In this document: positions 35,061 through 42,856 of the stretch, one piece after another | Layout: each line of letters starts with the position of its first letter | Position numbering within the stretch: position 1 is the stretch's first letter | Assembly: GCA_944381365.1 (NCBI GenBank) | Contig: CALWKW010000002.1 | Location: forward strand, 385,952 to 449,951 | Reading direction: 5' to 3' | Origin: an uncultured Christensenellaceae bacterium | Lineage (GTDB): Bacteria > Bacillota > Clostridia > Christensenellales > UBA3700 | DNA length: 64,000 nucleotides | The notes under the pieces: model-generated | Told to the model about the DNA's origin: nothing | The model's database searches: none | What the model saw: the letters and a program-made list of their open reading frames with translations, nothing else | Made by a program: the position numbers and the translations under genes

Positions 35061-37571
35061 TTAGATATCATATCTCGAAAGAATTTGCGATGGCGTCTTA
35101 AATAGCACAAACAAATATGGTATTAGAGATATAATCATCATTATAATCGCACTTATCGCAAACAATGCAAATGCAAGTCCGATAAATGCACCAAATGCTA
35201 TATTTCCCATAAAGTATCTTATACTCATAACAATAGCAACAATGATAAATGTTATAAGATATCCTATTAGGTTATTGATGCATGCATTTATTGTTTCTTT
35301 GAATAAAAGATTGCTTTTATTCACACCTATAGCACGATAAATACCATACTCTTTGCTATTTTTTATACTTCCTGACTTTTCTATGAAGAAATAAATCAGA
35401 TACATCAATACTGCAGCAACTAAAAATATCATTAGATTACTTAGCGACTGTTTTAGCGTATTGGCTTGTTCTTCTTCATATAATGCACTGAGATTGACTG
35501 CTACCACACCTCTTTCTGCAAGCCTTTGATTTAAGTTTGCAAGTTGTTCTCCTCCCGATGTATTTATCTCAAAATAGTATCCTGAGTCACTTCCCAACGC
35601 ATCAAGATTGGGACGGATATATACAAAAATATCATTGAGAGTATTCTGCGTAACATATATGCGTATATCCGTTGTCATTGCGGACCTTGTGAGTTGCATT
35701 TGTCGAACATACATAGGATAGCTATCTGTCAATGAGATAAGCTGTGGAGAATTGAGAAGTATTTTATTTGCTGATTCTATGAGATAATCCGCCTGCGAAG
35801 TATCTTCAATCATCCTATACACCGCGTTTCTATTGATCTCTACGACCACTTCATCGTTATTGAGATCAAGCGTGTTGCCGTCATACAAACATATTTCTGC
35901 CGAAAAACCATTTATGGTAGATTTTGTCTCTCTATCTATATAACTATCTTTGAAAAACAGATTGGTTCGATCGGTAAAATATATGTCGCCATATACTCCT
36001 AGAAAATTAATATAATCCTCTCTATTCATATAGATAAAAGGCTCGTCGCCATACGCAATACCGCTTATGCTATACTTTTTTTCAAAAAGCATAAGCAATA
36101 TAGAACTGTCATTTTGCAATTCAGCTATACGCAGTTGACTTTTGAGTGTTTGCGCTAGGTTGCGACTGATAAGAACTTCTCCTCTCTTTGGCATATCTCC
36201 ATACTGCAAACCCACGCTTTTAGCCGTTGAATCGCTTGGCAAGGATCTAGGCTCGTATTTTACCTTAATTCCCGACAACGACTGAATGTTGTTGTACGAA
36301 AATAATCCCTCGATATAATCTAATGCAAAGAAATCTATGTCATTATACAAAGGTACTGATTGTCTGTTCAATCTGCTTACCTCTGCATATGAATTCATAT
36401 CTACATACACGCTCGCATTGCCCAATGGTTTTTTCTCATCTGTCAAATTGATTGCTTCAAAGGCAAAGAATGAAAAAAAACACATTATTACTGCCATTGC
36501 AACAATAAATATCTGCTTAAATATATTTGCAGTAGAATATAGTTTTTCTTCTCCATTCAGACGAAACTGCCTTAATATATTTTTGAATCTAAATAGCCTG
36601 CCATTATGCTTTGTTTGGCTTTTTTCAAACATTACCATATTGGCTTTACAAGAATTTACACTATCTTCATTCCTACCATTAAAAACCAAACGCTTTTCGC
36701 TTGTATCATCAAGAATAGTTACATTTTTCCCTGCACGAATATAAAGTTCGTCGTTTTTATTGATAATTTGTATTTTATCTTTTTTCTCAATAGTCGAACC
36801 AAATACTTCGATATTCAACCCCTCTGCTTTATATTCACGAGCATCTTTTTCGTCTACAAATATATCGTTTGTCTGCGTTTCATAGTTTGCAACCTCTTCA
36901 AGATAGGCGTCTTCCACTAGTTGGCCGTCTACTATTTTGATAAAACTATCTGCATATTCCTTTATTAGCATTATTTCATGCGTAACAAGAACCACAAGCC
37001 TTGTCTTGGATATTTCCTTTAATATATTCATAACCTTGATTGTATTTTGAGCATCAAGATTACCAGTAGGTTCGTCCGCAAGTATAATGTCCGCTCCTTT
37101 TATAAGAGCTCTTGCTATGGCTACACGCTGTTTTTGCCCGCCTGACAATGCGTCACCTTGCTTGTTTTTATATCGCTCCATATCCACTATTTTCAAGACT
37201 TCGTCACTGCGTCTTTTTATTTCCGCTTCGTCCTTAAATCCTGCAATATACATTGCATTGTGCATTATTTCGGATATGGTATATCCACCTTCTAGATAGT
37301 AGTTTTGAAAAATAAAACCTATTTTTTCATTGCGAATTTTATCTACCTTTCGCCCTACACATTCGCCGTCGATATATATCTTGCCACTATCCTGCTTTTC
37401 AAGCCCACCGATAATGTTCAAAAGCGTGGTTTTACCACTACCGGATTTTCCAAAAATCGCAACAAGACCTTTTTCAGGTAATTCAAAAGATACTCCTTTC
37501 AACACCTGATTACGATTGAGGGAGCGGGGATTAAATACTTTGCTTATATTTTCAACCTTTATTTTTGCCAT
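35061..37571 (-). CDS. fused MacB-type ABC protein (N-terminal ATPase + FtsX-like permease), 836 aa
   Basis: GKSGSGKTT, LSGGQKQR and ILADEPTGNLD. One TM, then a large extracytoplasmic domain, then three C-terminal TM helices. Confidence 0.8.
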   Translation of the reverse strand: MAKIKVENISKVFNPRSLNRNQVLKGVSFELPEKGLVAIFGKSGSGKTTLLNIIGGLEKQDSGKIYIDGECVGRKVDKIRNEKIGFIFQNYYLEGGYTISEIMHNAMYIAGFKDEAEIKRRSDEVLKIVDMERYKNKQGDALSGGQKQRVAIARALIKGADIILADEPTGNLDAQNTIKVMNILKEISKTRLVVLVTHEIMLIKEYADSFIKIVDGQLVEDAYLEEVANYETQTNDIFVDEKDAREYKAEGLNIEVFGSTIEKKDKIQIINKNDELYIRAGKNVTILDDTSEKRLVFNGRNEDSVNSCKANMVMFEKSQTKHNGRLFRFKNILRQFRLNGEEKLYSTANIFKQIFIVAMAVIMCFFSFFAFEAINLTDEKKPLGNASVYVDMNSYAEVSRLNRQSVPLYNDIDFFALDYIEGLFSYNNIQSLSGIKVKYEPRSLPSDSTAKSVGLQYGDMPKRGEVLISRNLAQTLKSQLRIAELQNDSSILLMLFEKKYSISGIAYGDEPFIYMNREDYINFLGVYGDIYFTDRTNLFFKDSYIDRETKSTINGFSAEICLYDGNTLDLNNDEVVVEINRNAVYRMIEDTSQADYLIESANKILLNSPQLISLTDSYPMYVRQMQLTRSAMTTDIRIYVTQNTLNDIFVYIRPNLDALGSDSGYYFEINTSGGEQLANLNQRLAERGVVAVNLSALYEEEQANTLKQSLSNLMIFLVAAVLMYLIYFFIEKSGSIKNSKEYGIYRAIGVNKSNLLFKETINACINNLIGYLITFIIVAIVMSIRYFMGNIAFGAFIGLAFALFAISAIIMMIISLIPYLFVLFKTPSQILSRYDI

Positions 37572-37572
37572 A

Positions 37573-39642
37573 TTACTTAGATCCCCTTCTTAAACTCTTG
37601 CGAATAGATTGACTATTGATGCTTTTATTGAATCCGTATGCTACAAACTCTACAATCAACAACATCATTATTTCAATAAATATATAGTTGCCTATTGAAA
37701 TTAGCATAAAATTGCTTCCCGGCAAAATCGCCATAATGAGGCTTACAATAGGCAAAAGTATTAGAGTAGGCAAGAAAATAAACAACATTTGCATATAAAG
37801 ACTGTTGGCACTTATTTTTCGCGATATGCCAAGCGTTCGATATACAGAAAAATCAGCTTGATAAATCTTTACGCTTCGCATAAAAATAACGCTTATCAAC
37901 ATTGCAAATATAAGCCCCACTGCAATTAGTGCTAAATACCACAATATGTTGATTGTGAATACATCCATCACATCTTGTACATATACAGTTGTAGTCGATA
38001 GCATACCTATATACCCTTCAGGTAGTAATGCTATTGCAGCTTTTGCCTCATCGTTATTTTTATAAAACAGCACGCTTTGCACCGCATTATCATCGCTCAA
38101 AAACATTGCTTCATAATCCCCTCGATTCATCTGAACAATAAGTCCGGATACTTCGTTATTCTTTTCGTCTGAGCGAATAACTATATATGATTTATCTGTT
38201 TTTGCATCAAATACTACAGTCTTGCCATCAGCTGAATAAAAATTTGAGTTTACTAAATTTACTTGTCCCTCAAGCAAATTTTCATTTACTTCGAAACTAT
38301 AGACTCTCGTCTTATCCGTCCCGAAAGTCATCATCGAATACAAAGCTTGGATTTTTTCTCCGTATTCGTTCAAATCATCATAACTTAAATATAGATATAC
38401 TCCATCTACATTCAAACTGCTCTCTATGGATATTTCATACAATCCTATACCCGCATTCAAAAAAGCTTCTTTAATGGTATCAGCATCACCCTTTTGCGAA
38501 TTAGGTACAACAAGTACAGCTTTTCCCGCTTCGATATTATGCTCATAAGGAGAATAAAGACACACAATTTCGTGTTCTCGCAACATACCGCCTAATTTAG
38601 GAATACTTACGCTAAACTGTGAAAGTTCTCTGTCCAAAAAGAAAAATCCGGCTTTTGTCTTGCCCGCAACCTCGTCAAGTTGCTTTTGCGTTATTTTGTT
38701 TTGCTGATTAGAGATTATGACCTTACCGGTTATCCCTGTGTGATCCAATGTTGTCGTTGTTGGCTTAATAAGTCCCTGTCCGAATATTGCCACAACGAAA
38801 AACATAGTAATTGCACATACAAACAACGCAAATGACATCATTAAAGTGAACTTCGGACGACTCTTATAATTGAGCGCTCCTATGTGGAAAGTGTTTTTTA
38901 GGTTAAGCCATTTGCTTACTTTGCGGTCTTCTTTTTTTTCTTCTGTTTCCTCTCTTTCTTTTGGCTTCGTTATCAATTTATCTTCACTGATTTTTCCGTC
39001 AAATACACGAATTCTCCTCGTCGCATACTCTTTGAAAAATTCAGGGTTGTGCGTTACTACAATTACCAATTTGTCTTTCGACAACTCTTTGAGTAACGAC
39101 GCTACCTCTTTGCTCGCTTTTACATCCAAGTTACCCGTAGGCTCATCTGCAAGTATAACAGGACTATCCTTTGCCAAAGCTCTTGCAATTACCGTCCTCT
39201 GCTTTTCTCCGCCGGACAACTTGCTTCCTCTTTGATTTATCTGCTTGCCAAGTCCTACCCTCTCTATGAGCTCTTTTGCTCGTCTTCTTCTCTCTTTTTT
39301 ATCCTCTATTCTCAACAATGCCAGCTCTACATTTTCCAGCACCGTAAGATTTTCTATTATATTAAAGTCTTGAAATATCGTGGCAATATTGTTTTCTCTG
39401 TACCTTTCCCAATCGCTTTCGGAATAGTGCGAAGTTTCTTCTCCGTTAAAATACAACTCTCCTTCTTCGTATGTATCGTTGGCGCCTATGACATTCAAAA
39501 GCGTACTCTTTCCCGAACCGCTCTCTCCCTCGATTGTTACAAACTCGTTGTAATCCAACTCGAGATTAATACCTCTGATTCCTATGGTAAATATTCCGTT
39601 GCTGTCATAAATCTTTCCGATATTCTTTAGCTTTAATAACAT
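37573..39642 (-). CDS. fused MacB-type ABC protein (N-terminal ATPase + FtsX-like permease), 689 aa
   Basis: GESGSGKST, LSGGEKQR and ILADEPTGNLD. Topology is 1 + 3 TM with a ~300-aa external loop. A 1-nt gap separates it from the next gene. Confidence 0.8.
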   Translation of the reverse strand: MLLKLKNIGKIYDSNGIFTIGIRGINLELDYNEFVTIEGESGSGKSTLLNVIGANDTYEEGELYFNGEETSHYSESDWERYRENNIATIFQDFNIIENLTVLENVELALLRIEDKKERRRRAKELIERVGLGKQINQRGSKLSGGEKQRTVIARALAKDSPVILADEPTGNLDVKASKEVASLLKELSKDKLVIVVTHNPEFFKEYATRRIRVFDGKISEDKLITKPKEREETEEKKEDRKVSKWLNLKNTFHIGALNYKSRPKFTLMMSFALFVCAITMFFVVAIFGQGLIKPTTTTLDHTGITGKVIISNQQNKITQKQLDEVAGKTKAGFFFLDRELSQFSVSIPKLGGMLREHEIVCLYSPYEHNIEAGKAVLVVPNSQKGDADTIKEAFLNAGIGLYEISIESSLNVDGVYLYLSYDDLNEYGEKIQALYSMMTFGTDKTRVYSFEVNENLLEGQVNLVNSNFYSADGKTVVFDAKTDKSYIVIRSDEKNNEVSGLIVQMNRGDYEAMFLSDDNAVQSVLFYKNNDEAKAAIALLPEGYIGMLSTTTVYVQDVMDVFTINILWYLALIAVGLIFAMLISVIFMRSVKIYQADFSVYRTLGISRKISANSLYMQMLFIFLPTLILLPIVSLIMAILPGSNFMLISIGNYIFIEIMMLLIVEFVAYGFNKSINSQSIRKSLRRGSK

Positions 39643-39656
39643 TTGCTCTCCATATA

Positions 39657-39672
39657 GTTCGCATTGACGAAC
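39657..39672. promoter_or_regulatory. GTTCG-class operator-like site in the ABC operon leader
   Basis: GTTCGcattgaCGAAC, immediately upstream of the GGAGAG RBS of the first ABC gene. Confidence 0.5.
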
Positions 39673-39785
39673 TTGACTATATATTTATGCGGTTGCAACA
39701 GTCTGTTTTCTTCACTTCCTAATAGCGTTTAACACGAATTAGTTTAATGATAAAACAAATCTTTTAAACTTGCAAAAGAGATTTT

Positions 39786-39801
39786 GTTAGCCAAGGCTAA
39801 C
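39786..39801. promoter_or_regulatory. GTTAG-class operator-like perfect palindrome
   Basis: GTTAGCCAAGGCTAAC. On the minus strand it is directly preceded by TGcTATAAA (extended -10-like box). Confidence 0.55.
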
Positions 39802-39811
39802 TTTATAGCAT

Positions 39812-39838
39812 AAAAAAATTAATGCTTCTATCAAGCAT
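39812..39838 (-). terminator. terminator downstream of the DtxR-like genes
   Basis: ATGCTT-gatag-AAGCAT on the minus strand followed by a run of 7 T. It lies 49 nt after the stop codon at 39887. Confidence 0.55.
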
Positions 39839-39842
39839 ATTT

Positions 39843-39872
39843 ATTATAAAAGCACGCAAATCTTAATGTCAA
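39843..39872 (-). promoter_or_regulatory. consensus-like promoter of uncertain function
   Basis: TTGACA, 18 nt, TATAAT on the minus strand. However, the terminator hairpin starts within about 10 nt of the predicted start site, so the role is ambiguous. Confidence 0.3.
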
Positions 39873-39886
39873 TTTGTAGCCTTGGC

Positions 39887-40258
39887 TTACAACTGATTTT
39901 TTTCGACAGATTTTAAGCTGATGATAAGTTTTGCGTTTTCACTCATTGAACAATAAGCATTTGAAGCTTCTCTATACGATATTTTACTGTTTATACCGCA
40001 AGTATTTTCTAGTACCTCTTGCAAAAACCTGATACCATTTCTTACTTCCTCAAGTTTTTCTTTTCCCTTTTCTGTCAAAAACCATTTCCCTTCTTTTGTC
40101 GTGTCGATAAGCTTGTTTGCCCTCAACTTTTCCATTGCCCTATATGAGCTTACTCTGGATACTCCCAACTTTGTCGCTATACTTGCCATATTGAAGTTTT
40201 CGTTTTGCTTACAAAGGCTGTCGATACAATCGAGATACTTATATTGTGATGCCGTCAT
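39887..40258 (-). CDS. DtxR-family-like regulator lacking the canonical metal ligands (paralogue 1)
   Basis: 123 aa. wHTH block IATKLGVSRVSSYRAMEKLRANKLI plus a helical dimerisation region. The positions equivalent to the DtxR ligand residues read ASQYKYLDC and NAYCSMSE. Confidence 0.55.
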   Translation of the reverse strand: MTASQYKYLDCIDSLCKQNENFNMASIATKLGVSRVSSYRAMEKLRANKLIDTTKEGKWFLTEKGKEKLEEVRNGIRFLQEVLENTCGINSKISYREASNAYCSMSENAKLIISLKSVEKNQL

Positions 40259-40264
40259 ATTAAT

Positions 40265-40280
40265 GTTCGTATTAGCGAAC
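40265..40280. promoter_or_regulatory. GTTCG-class operator-like site between SD and start codon of paralogue 1
   Basis: GTTCGtattagCGAAC. Confidence 0.5.
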
Positions 40281-40340
40281 CCCTCCTTATATTTTTATGG
40301 CAATTTTATTGCCATTATGATACGATTTTTTAATTCGCTT

Positions 40341-40356
40341 GTTCGCAAAAGCGAAC
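40341..40356. promoter_or_regulatory. GTTCG-class operator-like site upstream of paralogue 1
   Basis: GTTCGcaaaagCGAAC, which is palindromic over GTTCGC/GCGAAC. Confidence 0.5.
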
Positions 40357-40415
40357 CTCGGGACTATTTTTTTGACGGTCCGTGCCGTCAACCTTTATTT
40401 ATTCCTATGCAAAAC

Positions 40416-40787
40416 TCAGTCTTTGTTTTTTACATAATTCTTGATTATTTCAAAGACATCTTTAGATATTACATGCTCTATACGACAAGCATTCTCCTCT
40501 GCGGATTTTTTCTCTGCCCCAAGACTTACAAGCAAGCTTGTGATAACCTCGTGTCTTTCGTATATTTCAACTGCTCTTTGATACCCTTCTTTGGTAAAAT
40601 TAATCTCACCGCTCTCGTGAGATATAGTAATATATCCTTTTTTTTGCAAAAGATTAACGCCTCTCGATACGCTAGATTTTGCATAATCCATAGACTCTAC
40701 AATATCTACTGACCTTACCGAAGGCTTTTGATTTTTCAACAAATATATTGTCTCAAGATACATTTCTTCTGATTCTTTTGTTCTCAT
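40416..40787 (-). CDS. DtxR/IdeR-family metal-dependent repressor (short form, paralogue 2)
   Basis: SEEMYLETIYLL (compare DtxR TEMYLRTIYEL), ERHEVITSLL, and NACRIEHVIS with the C-x-x-E-H arrangement of the DtxR primary metal site. Confidence 0.8.
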   Translation of the reverse strand: MRTKESEEMYLETIYLLKNQKPSVRSVDIVESMDYAKSSVSRGVNLLQKKGYITISHESGEINFTKEGYQRAVEIYERHEVITSLLVSLGAEKKSAEENACRIEHVISKDVFEIIKNYVKNKD

Positions 40788-40980
40788 TAAAAACCCCTTT
40801 TGATTATTATACTACCACAATCGTGCAAAGTAAAGATTTTTGTAAAATTTATTATAATTTCAAGTATATAAATATCTTAAACTGCTCTAATTAATCTTTT
40901 TCAATACGAAAAATATATTAAATTTTTTAAGACAACACTAATCTGCGTTTGAAGTCAAATACATAAGACTTTATCACAAT

Positions 40981-41092
40981 AAAAAAACAACACCTCATTG
41001 ACATTCGGCAAAATTTGAATTGTAAATTTGCCTTTGTTTGTATTTCATTGCATTTTGCGTTGTCGCAATAAAATACTGTCAATGCGGTGTTG
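40981..41092 (-). terminator. compound terminator after the ABC heterodimer operon
   Basis: 16-nt outer arms (15 of 16 paired: CAACACCTCATTGACA / TGTCAATGCGGTGTTG) enclose two internal hairpins. A run of 7 T follows on the minus strand. Confidence 0.5.
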
Positions 41093-41128
41093 ATTATAAT
41101 TAATTATATTTGCTTCAATAAATAAAAT

Positions 41129-42856
41129 TTATATCTTCCATTCACTGGATTTTGATTGAAGCTCTTTCATTTTATTATATGCTCTGCTATTTGTTTCAAG
41201 TTCTTTCGGCGAGCCCTGTGCCTCAACAACTCCGTCTTTAATCATCACTAATTTATCTGCTTTTGCCACAGTTCGCATTCTGTGAGCTATTATCAGCACC
41301 GTTTTATTTTTTACAAGAGTGGAAATAGCTTTCTGAATTTCGGTTTCGTTTTCCACATCGAGGCTGGCAGTTGCTTCGTCCAACAGAACAATCGGTGCGT
41401 CTTTAAGCAAAGCTCTTGCAATAGATATTCTCTGTCTTTCGCCTCCCGACAACATACTGCCGTTTTCTCCGATTACGGAATCGTAACCATTGGGCAATTT
41501 ATTGACAAATTCATCACACCTTGCCGCTTTTGCCGCTCGTATAACTTCTTCGTCGCTAGCGTCTTTTTTACCTATTCGAATATTTTCCTTTATCGTATTG
41601 TTGAATAGCGTAACATCCTGAAATACTATAGAATATTTATTCATAAGCGTTTCGGGATCAACCTCCGAAATATCTTCTCCGCCTACGGATATTTTTCCGC
41701 CTTGAATATCCCAAAATCTTGCTGCCAGTTTTGCAATAGTGGATTTTCCGCCGCCGCTAGGACCTATTAAAGCAGTTATTTCACCTTGTTTTGCCACAAA
41801 AGATACACCGTTCAACACCTGTTCATCTTGATTATAAGCAAATTTTACATCATTGAATTCTATATCATAATTCTTTGGTTCAAAAACTTTCTTACCGTCC
41901 TGTATAGGCGACTGGTATATTTCTTTCATTCTGCCGATATTGATTCTGCAAGATATTACTGCCGCCAAATTCGTAAGCGCACTATTCATAGGATCGTATA
42001 CTCTCGACACTACCAACAAAAACATAAAGAAAGTCATCAGCGTCAACTTGTTGTCAGACAATAGAAGTCCGCCAGCCAAAGCAGTTGTTGCTATCCCAAA
42101 CTTTAGGACTAATTGTGCACTTACTACAAAAATAGCCGTCATATATTCGCTTGTAATATGTCTTTTTTCCACACAATTAATTTTCTTTTTAAGTCCTTCC
42201 AAATATTTATCCTCTGCATTACACGACTTAAGATCTCTGATACTTTCAAGACATTCTTGAATGCCGTCTGCCAAAGCCAAGTCAGCATTGTGCTTTTTAC
42301 GGTTGAATATATTCTGAACCTTTCCGGACGAGGCTACGATAATTATGGCAACAGGCAATACCCACATAGACGCAAGAGCCATTTGCCAATTGTATATAAA
42401 CAACATAACGGCAATTAAAGTCGTGCTGATAAATGAGGCAACTAATTCGGGATAAAAGTGCGAAAAACTAGTTTCTATAAAAGCACAATCGCCCATAATA
42501 GTAGTAGTCAAATCCGATAAATCTTTTTTACCGAAGTAAGACAACGGCAGTTTTCTCATTCTCTCCGCAAGCGATATGCGACGGTTTGCACTTTCTTTGT
42601 ATGTAGTAAGATAATTGCAATTATACTGTATATAATTTGTAAGATACATAACAATCAAAATACCCAGACTGCACAATATGTAGAACAAATAATTGTAATT
42701 GCTTTTTCCGCTTACAAATGTATCGACAAGAATATACAGCAATGACACGGGAAACATTTTGACCAAATTTACGACAGTACCTGCAACACAAGCTTTTATA
42801 TAATCGACTGCCCCTTGACGGGATAGTGCATATTTTTTCATTAATGCATTAACCAT
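41129..42856 (-). CDS. ABC exporter-fold half transporter (TMD-NBD)
   Basis: 575 aa. Motifs GPSGGGKST, LSGGERQR and VLLDEATASLD. Confidence 0.9.
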   Translation of the reverse strand: MVNALMKKYALSRQGAVDYIKACVAGTVVNLVKMFPVSLLYILVDTFVSGKSNYNYLFYILCSLGILIVMYLTNYIQYNCNYLTTYKESANRRISLAERMRKLPLSYFGKKDLSDLTTTIMGDCAFIETSFSHFYPELVASFISTTLIAVMLFIYNWQMALASMWVLPVAIIIVASSGKVQNIFNRKKHNADLALADGIQECLESIRDLKSCNAEDKYLEGLKKKINCVEKRHITSEYMTAIFVVSAQLVLKFGIATTALAGGLLLSDNKLTLMTFFMFLLVVSRVYDPMNSALTNLAAVISCRINIGRMKEIYQSPIQDGKKVFEPKNYDIEFNDVKFAYNQDEQVLNGVSFVAKQGEITALIGPSGGGKSTIAKLAARFWDIQGGKISVGGEDISEVDPETLMNKYSIVFQDVTLFNNTIKENIRIGKKDASDEEVIRAAKAARCDEFVNKLPNGYDSVIGENGSMLSGGERQRISIARALLKDAPIVLLDEATASLDVENETEIQKAISTLVKNKTVLIIAHRMRTVAKADKLVMIKDGVVEAQGSPKELETNSRAYNKMKELQSKSSEWKI

